Below, piece by piece: positions 30,203 through 39,606 of a DNA stretch of 64,000 bases. The notes under the pieces are model-generated. The model was not told the DNA's origin. It did not search any database and was given only the letters and a program-made list of their open reading frames with translations. The DNA comes from Bacillota bacterium (GTDB taxonomy: Bacteria > Bacillota > Clostridia > Oscillospirales > Ruminococcaceae). The first letter of the stretch is position 1; every line of letters begins with the position of its first letter. Both the position numbers and the translations under genes were made by a program. Location of the stretch: contig JAEXUW010000013.1 in assembly GCA_023439835.1 (NCBI GenBank), forward strand, positions 22,099 through 86,098. Direction: 5' to 3'.

Positions 30203-30508
30203 GTGATAAAAATGATTAGACACATCGTAATGTGGAGGCTTAAGGATTTCGCAGAGGGAAATGAAAAGAAAGCAAACGCTTTAATAATGAAGCAGATGCT
30301 TGAAGCGCTAAACGGAAAGATTGACGGGCTGATTAAAGCCGAGGCGGGCTTGAATTTCACCGATGGCGGATATGATGTATGCCTTTATTCCGAGCTTGAA
30401 TCGAAGGAGGCTTTAGATTATTATCAGGGGCATCCAGAGCATGTTGTGGTCAAGGAGTTTGTCGGGAAGGTCGTTTCCGACAGGGCGGTCTGTGACAGCG
30501 AGATATAA
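30203..30508 (+). CDS. Dabb (stress-responsive dimeric alpha/beta barrel) family protein
   Basis: 101 aa, MIRHIVMWRLKDFAEG...HPEHVVVKEFV. Confidence 0.8.
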   Translation: MIKMIRHIVMWRLKDFAEGNEKKANALIMKQMLEALNGKIDGLIKAEAGLNFTDGGYDVCLYSELESKEALDYYQGHPEHVVVKEFVGKVVSDRAVCDSEI

Positions 30509-30638
30509 AAAATCACGAAATTATTCCGAGGGGATTAAGTTCTTCTCGGAATAATTTATTCCATAAATACAGCACTATTTAATTGACTTAATTGGGAAAA
30601 TCATGTATAATTTATTTAGCTGTAATGGAGGGATAATT

Positions 30639-31286
30639 ATGCTTGAATGGTGGAACGGTCTGGAACAGTTTATGAAAATTGCCTATTGTGTGGCAATACC
30701 CGCAACGCTTCTTCTTATAATTCAAACGGTTTTGACATTAATCGGCTTTGGTGACAGTGGCGAGGGTCTTAATGTCAGCGACACATCGGGAATTGATGTT
30801 GATTTCAGTGTTGATGCCGATGTCGCTTCATCTGGCGGTGATGTATCGGTTGGGCATGACGCTTCACAAGGGGCGGGGGCACCTTTTCAGTTTTTTACTG
30901 TTCAGGGCTTTGTCACGTTTCTTTGTGTTTTCGGCTGGATGACTATCGTGCTAAGGAAGGGTGGTATGTCGCCTTATGCTTCAGCGGGAATAGGTTTTCT
31001 TATCGGTTTAGCGTCAATGTTCGGTGTGGCTAAGCTTTTTCAGGCTTCACTGAAGCTTCAAAGCAACGGCACACTAAATTTGACTAACGCAATCGGCAAA
31101 TCGGCAACAGTCTATATTAAAATCCCCGGGAAAGCGGCGGCAAAGGGAAAGGTTAACCTTGTTGTTCAGGAGAGGCTGATTGAATGTGACGCTATCACTC
31201 TCGGGCGAAGCGATATCCCAACGGGGAGCAGTGTGAAGGTTACCGCAGTCAGGAATGACGTTCTTGTCTGTGAGCTCGAAGTATAA
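30639..31286 (+). CDS. NfeD/YqiJ-like membrane protein (flotillin partner)
   Basis: TM helices plus C-terminal OB-fold-like domain; RBS GGAGGG before MLEWWNG; immediately upstream of flotillin gene. Confidence 0.7.
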   Translation: MLEWWNGLEQFMKIAYCVAIPATLLLIIQTVLTLIGFGDSGEGLNVSDTSGIDVDFSVDADVASSGGDVSVGHDASQGAGAPFQFFTVQGFVTFLCVFGWMTIVLRKGGMSPYASAGIGFLIGLASMFGVAKLFQASLKLQSNGTLNLTNAIGKSATVYIKIPGKAAAKGKVNLVVQERLIECDAITLGRSDIPTGSSVKVTAVRNDVLVCELEV

Positions 31287-31303
31287 ATAAAGGGAGGATT
31301 ATT

Positions 31304-32698
31304 ATGAGTTTTGAAGTTCTTGTGGCGATATCAATCGGCGTCATTGTTGTATTTACGCTGTTAGTTGCTCTGTTGTCACGTTATCGAAAGTGCCCGTCTG
31401 ACAAAATTCTTGTCATTTACGGAAAAGTCGGAAGCGATAAGGAGGGGAACGCGCGCTCAGCAAGATGTATTCACGGAGGAGCCGCATTCATTGTTCCTAT
31501 TGTTCAGTCCTATCAGTATATGGATTTGACGCCTATTTCAATGAACGTTGACTTGAAAAATGCCCTTTCAAAGCAAAATATCCGAGTTGATGTTCCGTCA
31601 AGGTTCACTGTTGGTATATCAACAGAGCCAAGCGTAATGCAAAATGCCGCCGAGCGTCTTTTAGGCCTTAAAATGGTGGAAATTCAGGAGCTTGCAAAGG
31701 ACATTATTTTCGGTCAGCTCCGTCTTGTTATTGCCACAATGGATATTGAGGAAATCAATACAGACCGTGACAAGTTTTTGCTTGCTGTTTCAAACAACGT
31801 TGAAATTGAGCTTAAGAAAATCGGTCTTAGACTTATAAATGTCAATGTAACCGACATCAACGATGAGTCCGGCTACATAAACGCTCTCGGAAAAGAAGCT
31901 GCCGCTAAGGCAATCAACGACGCCAAGAAAACCGTTGCCGAAAAGAACAGAGACGGTGAAATCGGTCAGGCTAATGCGCACAGGGATCAGCGTATTCAGG
32001 TTGCTGCAGCTGACGCTGACGCTATCAAGGGTGAAAACGAAGCTAAGATTGAAATTTCAATGTCTGATGCGCTTAGACGTGAAAAAGAGGCTGAAGCTAA
32101 TAAAATTGCTCAGGCTGCTGAGCAGGTTCAGCAGGCGAAAGCAAAGCAGGAAGCTTATGTTGCACAGCAGGAGGCTGAAAAAATCCGTGCTGAGCTTGTC
32201 AGGGCTTCACAGCAGGCTGACATTGTCGTAAACGAGCAGATTCAGAAGGAGCGTGCTGAGATTCAGGCTGAGGCTGAGGCTGAGGTAACAAGAAGAAAAG
32301 CACGAGGTGAAGCGGATGCTATCTTTGCTAGAATGGAAGCTCAGGCGAAGGGTATGGAAGAAATTCTAAAGAAACAGGCATCAGGTATGCGTGAAATTGT
32401 CAGTGCAGCGGGCGGAAGCGCCGCAGACGCAGTTAAGCTTATTGTTGCCGACAAGCTTGAAGAGCTTATGCGTATTCAGGTCGACGCAATCAAGAACATC
32501 AAGATTGATAAGGTCACCGTTTGGGACAGTATGGGTGGACACGGTGACGGCACACCGGCAACGGCTAATTTCCTATCCGGCATGATGAAGTCAGTCCCGC
32601 CGCTAAACGAGCTTTTCAAACAGGCTGGAATGGAGCTTCCCGGTTATCTCGGAAAGGAAACTCCGGTTATTGAAGAAAAAGCTGAACTCGAAAGCTAA
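31304..32698 (+). CDS. Flotillin (SPFH/Band 7 domain, YqiK/FloA-like) with long Ala/Glu/Gln-rich coiled-coil
   Basis: 464 aa; N-terminal TM helix; SPFH domain; EA-repeat coiled coil (AQAAEQVQQAKAKQEAYVAQQEAEK). Confidence 0.9.
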   Translation: MSFEVLVAISIGVIVVFTLLVALLSRYRKCPSDKILVIYGKVGSDKEGNARSARCIHGGAAFIVPIVQSYQYMDLTPISMNVDLKNALSKQNIRVDVPSRFTVGISTEPSVMQNAAERLLGLKMVEIQELAKDIIFGQLRLVIATMDIEEINTDRDKFLLAVSNNVEIELKKIGLRLINVNVTDINDESGYINALGKEAAAKAINDAKKTVAEKNRDGEIGQANAHRDQRIQVAAADADAIKGENEAKIEISMSDALRREKEAEANKIAQAAEQVQQAKAKQEAYVAQQEAEKIRAELVRASQQADIVVNEQIQKERAEIQAEAEAEVTRRKARGEADAIFARMEAQAKGMEEILKKQASGMREIVSAAGGSAADAVKLIVADKLEELMRIQVDAIKNIKIDKVTVWDSMGGHGDGTPATANFLSGMMKSVPPLNELFKQAGMELPGYLGKETPVIEEKAELES

Positions 32699-32711
32699 TT
32701 TTATTAAATAA

Positions 32712-32748
32712 AAATAAAGCCTCACCTATTGCAAACTGGTGAGGCTTT
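32712..32748. terminator. Bidirectional terminator
   Basis: gcctcacc tattgcaaact ggtgaggc flanked by A/T runs. Confidence 0.7.
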
Positions 32749-32763
32749 TGATTATTCTATTTT

Positions 32764-33648
32764 TTACGTAATATCCGCATAGCCTTCGGCACTGTTAAAT
32801 CCGGGTAGGATAGCGCTTGTGGTCAGATTGTTGCTCAAAAAGAATAGTCTGAACTTTTGATAAAGATGCGCTTTTGTTGCATGAATATAAGGAAACACCC
32901 AAACAATGCCCGCTAAGCCGAGGGTTGCGTAGCTGAGAAGCATCCAGAGAATAAACGACAGGTCAAGAACAAACAAATTCCATTTATGCCCCTCTGTCAT
33001 ATTCCTGCTCAAACTATACAGCTCGTTGTCTGAAATGCCAGGATTTTCGCTTATAATAAAAGGGACCATATAGTATTCATAGTACCTTATTATTCCCGGT
33101 ATTATCAAAAGAAGAGTCCACAAAAAAAGCTTTAGAGAATACAAAAAGGTTCTGACGAGAACTTTCAAATAATTCTTTCCTTGAAACGGAAAAAAAGCAT
33201 TGTTGAGGGAGGCTTCACCGTTTATCGCTTTCATAAAAAATCTGTTTATGCCGACAAGATAGGGCGAGTATAGAAATATTCCAAGCAAAATAGCGACGGC
33301 TGAGCATCTAAAGAAATATGGAAAAAATTCATCCGCAGTCAAACCTGTAATAATATAGAATTTAAGCCAATGTATATTCATAATCACATTATAGGTTTCT
33401 GAGAACAAATTCCTTTGAATTGTCAAGCCAAAGATTGAAATCAATGAAACGATAAAGCAGACAAATATTGCCTTGCCTATGATATATGAAAGTGTGCTTT
33501 TTGCTTCGGTTTTAATTTCTGCTCTTTGCCAATAAACCTTGAAATCGTTAGGCTTCATATCGTTTGGTGTCAGAAAGTCATAGCCACATCGAGGGCAATG
33601 AGAAACATTATCGCTGTAGTTTTGTCTGCATAAAGGGCAGTATTTCAT
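32764..33648 (-). CDS. Zinc-ribbon plus polytopic membrane protein (DUF975-like)
   Basis: N-terminus MKYCPLCRQNYSDNVSHCPRCGY (zinc ribbon) followed by 5-6 TM helices; RBS AGGAGAG before MKYCPL. Confidence 0.6.
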   Translation of the reverse strand: MKYCPLCRQNYSDNVSHCPRCGYDFLTPNDMKPNDFKVYWQRAEIKTEAKSTLSYIIGKAIFVCFIVSLISIFGLTIQRNLFSETYNVIMNIHWLKFYIITGLTADEFFPYFFRCSAVAILLGIFLYSPYLVGINRFFMKAINGEASLNNAFFPFQGKNYLKVLVRTFLYSLKLFLWTLLLIIPGIIRYYEYYMVPFIISENPGISDNELYSLSRNMTEGHKWNLFVLDLSFILWMLLSYATLGLAGIVWVFPYIHATKAHLYQKFRLFFLSNNLTTSAILPGFNSAEGYADIT

Positions 33649-33749
33649 GTTCACTCTCCTAAAAAAGTTATTTAAAGACAACATACTATACTAAAATTAT
33701 ACATAAAAAATATATAATTGTCAATATTAAAAACAATTTTTTCAACAAA

Positions 33750-35291
33750 TTACATGGATATAACTGTTTTTACGAGCTTTATGTCGCTTTTTGTGATACT
33801 GTCGGTCAGGTATAACAGTATCAAATACAGTATGCCGACCGGAATACAAAGCAGGGTTAGCTTTGTTGCTGATGGTGTCATGCTGATATTCATCAGCATA
33901 GCGAAAATTCTGACGCTGAAAAGTGACGCACAAATGCAGAACGCAGGCTTTATCAGCCAGTTTTTTATGTCAAAGGTGAAGCCTGTTACGGTTATTATTC
34001 TGTTGACGCTCAAAAACATATTGAAGAGCTTTGAAACAAACATCACAAGCAAAAGCCCACGTATTCCAAAAAGAGGGAGAAGGAAATACACCATGACAAT
34101 ACCCGCACCCGAGTCGAGAATGTTATAGAACATTGAGCTTACCTGTTCGTTAAGGCCTTTTAGCATTGCGTCGACCATGCTGTCGAGATAGATTATAAGA
34201 ATCAGCGGCGTTAGAATTCGAATATAAAGCCCCGCTTTTTCGCTTTCATATATTACCATACCGAACATATCGTGAAAATACAGGAAAATTCCCACCATGG
34301 CTATTGCGAAGATTAGCGTAGCTTTAAAAACCTTGTTTAAAATATAGTCGATTTTTGAGTAATCGCCGAGGCGGTGACATTCAGTTACCTCAGGAACTAA
34401 AAGACTAGAGAAAGCCGACAGAAAAGCCGACGGGAACATTATTACCGGAATTACCATACCGCTGATAATTCCGTATTCGCCCAGAGCGTCGTCCTTTGTC
34501 ATTCCCGATTTTATAAGCCCGAGAGGTATCATAAGGCTTTTTATAGTGTAAAGTGCCGAGCAAACATATGAGCTGAAAGCGACGGGGAGAGCAATTGAAA
34601 AAAGGCGCCTGAGTATTCCCTTGGTTTGTGATTTCGCTTTTTTATACCTTGAAAAATCCTTGTTGAAAATCAAAAGCAATATGAACAGCGACAGAATTTC
34701 TGTTATTGAGGAAACAGTCATAATAATCAGACAGGCTTCGCCAGCATCCTTTGGAGAATGTGCGTTCAGAGCGAGAACAGTCAGGGCAATCCTGATGACC
34801 TGTTCGATGGTTTGCGCCGCTATGCCTTTAATTATTCTTCTCACAGCAGTGAAATAGCCGTATATCGCCGATGAAACCGATATGAACGGAAGACTGATTG
34901 CAAGCACCTTCAGTGAGCTTATTGAGCGCACGTCCTTTATAAGTACAGTCCCCGCAAAATCAGACAGAAAGAATAATGCGAAAGCCGATACCGTCCCGAA
35001 TGCAAGCCCATAAATAATGCATTTTCGGACAGCCACTCTGATTCCGCCGTCGGATTTTTCTGCTAGCTCCTCCGCCACTAGTCGTGTCGCTGAAAGCCCC
35101 ACCCCCGAAAGTGCAAGAATAATTGCGAAGCCGTAGACGTTATTGATTATTTCAATAAGCCCCATGCCGACAACGCCGATTTTTTTCGCGATATAAACAT
35201 TAAACATTACTCCCGATGTGCGAAGAAGAAGCGAAGCCACAGTCATCACAACGGAGTTGATAAAAAAAAGCCGTATCCTTTTCATTTTCAC
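33750..35291 (-). CDS. Oligosaccharide flippase (MOP/MurJ superfamily), stage V sporulation protein B-like
   Basis: 513 aa, about 14 TM helices, polysaccharide-biosynthesis-protein (Wzx/SpoVB) pattern. Confidence 0.8.
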   Translation of the reverse strand: MKMKRIRLFFINSVVMTVASLLLRTSGVMFNVYIAKKIGVVGMGLIEIINNVYGFAIILALSGVGLSATRLVAEELAEKSDGGIRVAVRKCIIYGLAFGTVSAFALFFLSDFAGTVLIKDVRSISSLKVLAISLPFISVSSAIYGYFTAVRRIIKGIAAQTIEQVIRIALTVLALNAHSPKDAGEACLIIMTVSSITEILSLFILLLIFNKDFSRYKKAKSQTKGILRRLFSIALPVAFSSYVCSALYTIKSLMIPLGLIKSGMTKDDALGEYGIISGMVIPVIMFPSAFLSAFSSLLVPEVTECHRLGDYSKIDYILNKVFKATLIFAIAMVGIFLYFHDMFGMVIYESEKAGLYIRILTPLILIIYLDSMVDAMLKGLNEQVSSMFYNILDSGAGIVMVYFLLPLFGIRGLLLVMFVSKLFNMFLSVNRIITVTGFTFDIKNWLIKPAFCICASLFSVRIFAMLMNISMTPSATKLTLLCIPVGILYLILLYLTDSITKSDIKLVKTVISM

Positions 35292-35353
35292 ACCTCATAC
35301 AAATATATGAGGGGAATATGTCCAAGATACAGGCTTTAAAAATTTTTTAAAAA

Positions 35354-35539
35354 TCATTTAGAATATACAAACTGGTTTTTGTCGGGGTTGTATTCATAGC
35401 CAAGCGGTCGAATCTGGTCGTTTAGAAAACCAGGCGTTGTCTGATAGCTGTCGCAAAAAGCGTCAAGACTGACGAAATTATCGCGAAGCTGAGTGTTCAC
35501 AAAGCTAAGAAGTATAAACGGATTTCTGGGAAGCGGCAC
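35354..35539 (-). CDS. Possible small protein (61 aa) downstream of the carboxypeptidase gene, GTG start
   Basis: AGGAG 8 nt upstream of GTG; PLPRNPFILLSFVNTQLRDNFVSLDAFCDSYQTTPGFLNDQIRPLGYEYNPDKNQFVYSK; no recognisable family. Confidence 0.3.
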   Translation of the reverse strand: MPLPRNPFILLSFVNTQLRDNFVSLDAFCDSYQTTPGFLNDQIRPLGYEYNPDKNQFVYSK

Positions 35540-35558
35540 ATCAATCACTCCTAAAAAA

Positions 35559-36941
35559 TTAGCGGATTCGCTTTGAAGGGGACGGACGCCTGCGCCTTTT
35601 TGCGGTTCTCTTTGTGGCGAAGGCAATAAACAGTGCGGTGTAAAGAAAGATGATTCCAAAGGTGATATAGCCCGCTCTTTTAAACATTGAAGATTTGGGA
35701 AAGCGCTTAGCGACAGTCAGCTTGTACTTAAACTCATCACGTTCGACGGCGGAAACTGTAATAAGAGGAATTGTCGCTATTGTTTCACCGCGGTATCTAA
35801 GCTCAAGCGTACCCATCTCGACGCCTTTTTCGACGGGAGCAATCACACTGTCCTCTTTTGTTATAACACGCTGAATTTCCTCAAATTTAGCGTCTGACGA
35901 CCAAAGACACGAATACTCCAAAGAAGCCTTGAGAAGAACATGACTTTTTTCGTCGCCGTATTCAACGCCAACCTCCGCAATCTCCTCCCCCACTTCTATA
36001 ATAGTCTGATAGGAAAGCTTTGAGAATGCCCATTCGTAGAGGGTTTTATGGTCGATGAAGTTATAGAACTTATTGCTTCCGTTTTCGTCTTTAAGCGGTG
36101 CGTTGAGTGTGACAAGAAGATATCGAAAGCCGTTTTTCTCAGCGGTTGTGATAAGGCATCTTCCAGCCTCGTTGAGCGTTCCGGTCTTAATGCCCTTGAC
36201 ATAGGGGTAATAATAAAGCTCACCTCCGTTTGACGGGCTCATCATATAGTTTGTGTTGACAATCGTTCTCGGGGAGCTGTGTTTGTTTGTTGCCTCAAGT
36301 GAATAGGTTGAGTTTGAGGTTATCTCAAGAAGTATCGGATATTTGTTGATGGCATAATGTGTTATTATCGCCATATCTCTTGCGGAGGTGCGCTGAGCCT
36401 CACTGTAAAGCCCGTGTGCATTGGTGAAATGTGTGTTGGTTGCACCAAGCTCCAAAGCCTTTTCGTTCATTTGCTTGACAAAATCAGCCATGCTGTTGTT
36501 TGCGCCTAGATTATAAGCGATGATGTTCGCAGCTTCACACGCCGACTGAAGCATAAGCCCATAAAGAAGGTCGCTGTAGCTGGCTTCCTCACCGATTCTG
36601 AAATCGGCGGTTGAGGCGTTTTGCTGATAAAGCTCGTCAAACGCCGTTGAGGGTGCTGAAATATATGTACTTTTCAGTGCTGTCTCATCGCCGCCAAAGT
36701 GTTCTAAAACCAAAAGAGCGGTCATAATTTTAGTTAGTGAGGCAGGTGACATTAGCTTGTTTTCGTTTTGTTTGAAAACAACGGCACCGTATCCGTTCTC
36801 GTCAGTTATATCAAGATTGACCATATAAACAGCCTCTGAATAAACGGTGACAGGCGGAACAAAGCTGACGGCGGATGCCATAGCAGATGAGAAATATATG
36901 AAAACAATAATTATTGCCATTGAAAATGAAAACCGACGCAT
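35559..36941 (-). CDS. Serine-type D-Ala-D-Ala carboxypeptidase (peptidase S11, PBP5/DacB/DacF-like) with C-terminal membrane anchor
   Basis: Signal peptide; SxxK motif SLTKIM; SxN and KTG-type motifs; C-terminal hydrophobic helix plus basic tail. Confidence 0.85.
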   Translation of the reverse strand: MRRFSFSMAIIIVFIYFSSAMASAVSFVPPVTVYSEAVYMVNLDITDENGYGAVVFKQNENKLMSPASLTKIMTALLVLEHFGGDETALKSTYISAPSTAFDELYQQNASTADFRIGEEASYSDLLYGLMLQSACEAANIIAYNLGANNSMADFVKQMNEKALELGATNTHFTNAHGLYSEAQRTSARDMAIITHYAINKYPILLEITSNSTYSLEATNKHSSPRTIVNTNYMMSPSNGGELYYYPYVKGIKTGTLNEAGRCLITTAEKNGFRYLLVTLNAPLKDENGSNKFYNFIDHKTLYEWAFSKLSYQTIIEVGEEIAEVGVEYGDEKSHVLLKASLEYSCLWSSDAKFEEIQRVITKEDSVIAPVEKGVEMGTLELRYRGETIATIPLITVSAVERDEFKYKLTVAKRFPKSSMFKRAGYITFGIIFLYTALFIAFATKRTAKRRRRPSPSKRIR

Positions 36942-37081
36942 ATAGACAAAACCTCATTTATGTATTATTATATTAAAGGACAGGTTTCAATGCCGAATAT
37001 AATTATATTATATCAGATGAGAACGATGTTTTAAACCCCGATAAAAATAAATTTTTATCTTGACGTTAAGGAGAGCATAAA

Positions 37082-37753
37082 ATGATTTATATAACCGGTG
37101 ATATTCACGGCGATCTATCTCGCTTTAAGGATAGGCGACTAAAAAAGCTAAAGAAAACCGATTACCTGATTGTATGCGGTGATTTCGGTTTTTTATGGGA
37201 CGGGAGCAAGAAGGAGCAGAAAATTCTAAAAAAACTCGGCAGCAAAAAGTACACTATACTTTTCGTTGAGGGCTGTCATGAGAACTACAATCTCCTGTAT
37301 GCATATCAGCCTCAGCCCTGGAAGGGTGGGGAGGTTAGAGTGCTTTCGGGAAAGCTTCGTCAGCTTATCAGAGGTGGCGTTTTTGAAATAGACGATAAAA
37401 AGGTATTTGCCTTCGGCGGTGGTCAAGGCTCAGACCATGATATAAGAAAACAAGTCAAAACCTGCTGGAAGGAAGAGCTTCCCACTGAGGAGGAGCTTAT
37501 TGAGGGGATAAAGAACCTGAAGGATTCAGACAACACTGTTGATTATATAGTAACTCATGAACCCCCTGCAATGCTTCGTGACTATCTTGATGTCGATCCT
37601 GAGCTTTTGCAGACAAATCAGCTTAATGCATCATTTAATATGATAGCTGACAGCTGTAAGTTCAAAAGATGGTTTTTTGGAAAATGCCACAGAAACAAAG
37701 TGGTTTCACCGCGATTTCAAGCTGTGTTCAGTGACGTTGTGAAAGCCGAATGA
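37082..37753 (+). CDS. Metallophosphoesterase (calcineurin-like phosphatase) family protein
   Basis: GDIHGD, GDFGF, GCHEN metallophosphatase motifs. Confidence 0.75.
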   Translation: MIYITGDIHGDLSRFKDRRLKKLKKTDYLIVCGDFGFLWDGSKKEQKILKKLGSKKYTILFVEGCHENYNLLYAYQPQPWKGGEVRVLSGKLRQLIRGGVFEIDDKKVFAFGGGQGSDHDIRKQVKTCWKEELPTEEELIEGIKNLKDSDNTVDYIVTHEPPAMLRDYLDVDPELLQTNQLNASFNMIADSCKFKRWFFGKCHRNKVVSPRFQAVFSDVVKAE

Positions 37754-37811
37754 AATAACCGAATTATCCCTGATGCATAAAACATCAGGGATTTTTGTTT
37801 TGATTATAAAG

Positions 37812-38423
37812 CTACTGAATAACACAGCCGAGGCACTGAGCGATAACAGATGCCTGAGTGATATCTATCATGCATTTTTTCAAGCTGATACCCCTGAAAT
37901 CAACGCCTTCAATATGCGCGCCTCTAATATCAGCCTCATCAAGACATGAGCCGTCAAGCCGGGCGCCCTTAAGGTCAGAGTACTTTAGTGAGGACTTTTC
38001 AAGATTACAGTTTTTAAAAGAGGTGAACTGCAAGGTCATGTTTGAGAAATCCATCATACGAAGGTTGCAGTCGCCAAAGCAGGAGTAAGACAAATCGCCC
38101 CCGCAGAAAACCAGCCCTAAAAATTTTGCTTCAATAAAGGTTGAACCGTTGATTTTACAGTTGACAAAGGTTGAGCCGACAAGAACGCTTTCTTTAAAGT
38201 GACAGTTTGTAAAGCTGCAGCTATCTGCAAGAACGTTAGTCAGCTTTGTGTTTGTGAAGTTGCAGTTTGTGAAGGCGCAGGATAAAAATTTCGATTCTGA
38301 AAAATCACAGGTTGAGAAATTGCAGTTTAGAAAGCTGTGCCCTGAAAATTCCATTCCGATAAAGCTCTCTGCTGTGAAGGCTTCGAATTCATAGTTCTTT
38401 TTTCCAAGTAAAATCATAGTCAA
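37812..38423 (-). CDS. Pentapeptide repeat protein (Qnr/MfpA-like fold)
   Basis: 203 aa of tandem A(D/N)LxF-type pentapeptide repeats (CNFSTCDFSESKFLSCAFTNCNFTNTKLTN...). Confidence 0.8.
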   Translation of the reverse strand: MTMILLGKKNYEFEAFTAESFIGMEFSGHSFLNCNFSTCDFSESKFLSCAFTNCNFTNTKLTNVLADSCSFTNCHFKESVLVGSTFVNCKINGSTFIEAKFLGLVFCGGDLSYSCFGDCNLRMMDFSNMTLQFTSFKNCNLEKSSLKYSDLKGARLDGSCLDEADIRGAHIEGVDFRGISLKKCMIDITQASVIAQCLGCVIQ

Positions 38424-38542
38424 CCCTCCGTCTGATAAAAATGTTGGTTATTGGGCGGCAAGTTAAGTATATATAAAAATTATATCACATATTGTTGAAT
38501 AATTCAATTAATTAGCGAAATAAATTGGTGAGAAAACAAAAA

Positions 38543-38572
38543 AATCCGCAGGAGCATACCCTGCGGATTTAA
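38543..38572 (-). terminator. Terminator of the small basic protein gene
   Basis: atccgcagg agcataccctgcggat stem; U-run on minus strand. Confidence 0.7.
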
Positions 38573-38573
38573 A

Positions 38574-38693
38574 TTATCTTTCTGTGTTCGGTCCTAATGC
38601 TTCTTTTCTTATGTTGAAGCTTTCATTTTGAGTTTTTTCCTTGACCGACTGCTGAGGGGACTTCTTTTTCTTATCTCTGCTTGCCTTTGACAT
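38574..38693 (-). CDS. Small basic protein, 39 aa (not in ORF track)
   Basis: RBS GGGAGG 7 nt upstream of ATG; MSKASRDKKKKSPQQSVKEKTQNESFNIRKEALGPNTER; dedicated terminator. Confidence 0.45.
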   Translation of the reverse strand: MSKASRDKKKKSPQQSVKEKTQNESFNIRKEALGPNTER

Positions 38694-38760
38694 ATCGTTC
38701 CTCCCGTTTACTAAAAAGGTTGAATGACTGCATTAAGAGTATTAAGCAGAAAAAGAGCGT

Positions 38761-39483
38761 TTATACGAAAGGCTTGATTTTTTCAGGCGTTTTCTGAGAA
38801 GTGCGGTCACTCTCAATGCCCCTGAGAAAGCTCAGCGCAATAAGCCCCTGTGCGATATAGTAAGCAGTCAGATTAAGATAGGGGAGTATAAAATGGGATT
38901 TATTGTAGTAATACACGAACAGCAAAATGAAATCGGACATGAAGAAAAGTACTGCTCCCGCTATTGTCAGCCAAACCGCAAAGGGTGAGCTATGCCTTAA
39001 TTTTCGAAGAGAAATAGCCTTTGAACACATGAAGGCAATCATGAGCGTATAGGCGATGATGAGGGGGAGCATTCCGTCAAAATCAAACCCCTTGAGAGTG
39101 TAGATAATTATAAAGGGCGGAACACAAAAGGGGAGCATGACAGCAAAATCCAATGGTGTAATTTTTGAAAGGGACGAAAAAGCAACTATGTAAATTAGCT
39201 GAGCGATTAGAAAGGAGGCAAAGCCGATTTCAAACATAAACTTGAATTCGGTCATTGAAAGAAAAAAGTCGCCGAATAGTGAAAATACAAGCCCTGACAG
39301 AATTAGCCTGAAATAAGACTTGCTTTTTGGGGAGCTTAAATACCCTGAGATTGCCGTCAGAATAAAAAGCACGCTTGTGAAAACCTTGAAAACCTTTGAA
39401 GGAAGATAAGCGTCGGCGGCTGTCGAAAATACAAGAAAGCCAAGCGAAATAAGCATCGCGGTGAATAACATTTTTGTCATCAT
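38761..39483 (-). CDS. YhhN-family (lysoplasmalogenase-like) membrane protein
   Basis: 240 aa, 8 TM helices, YhhN pattern. Confidence 0.7.
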   Translation of the reverse strand: MMTKMLFTAMLISLGFLVFSTAADAYLPSKVFKVFTSVLFILTAISGYLSSPKSKSYFRLILSGLVFSLFGDFFLSMTEFKFMFEIGFASFLIAQLIYIVAFSSLSKITPLDFAVMLPFCVPPFIIIYTLKGFDFDGMLPLIIAYTLMIAFMCSKAISLRKLRHSSPFAVWLTIAGAVLFFMSDFILLFVYYYNKSHFILPYLNLTAYYIAQGLIALSFLRGIESDRTSQKTPEKIKPFV

Positions 39484-39606
39484 TCCATATCACTCCTAAA
39501 AATTCTAATTAAATTATACCAGATAAAAAATAAAGTTTCAATAATTAATAATCTTTATGGATATTTTTACCATTTTATGCATATACATATAATGGGAGGA
39601 GTATTC

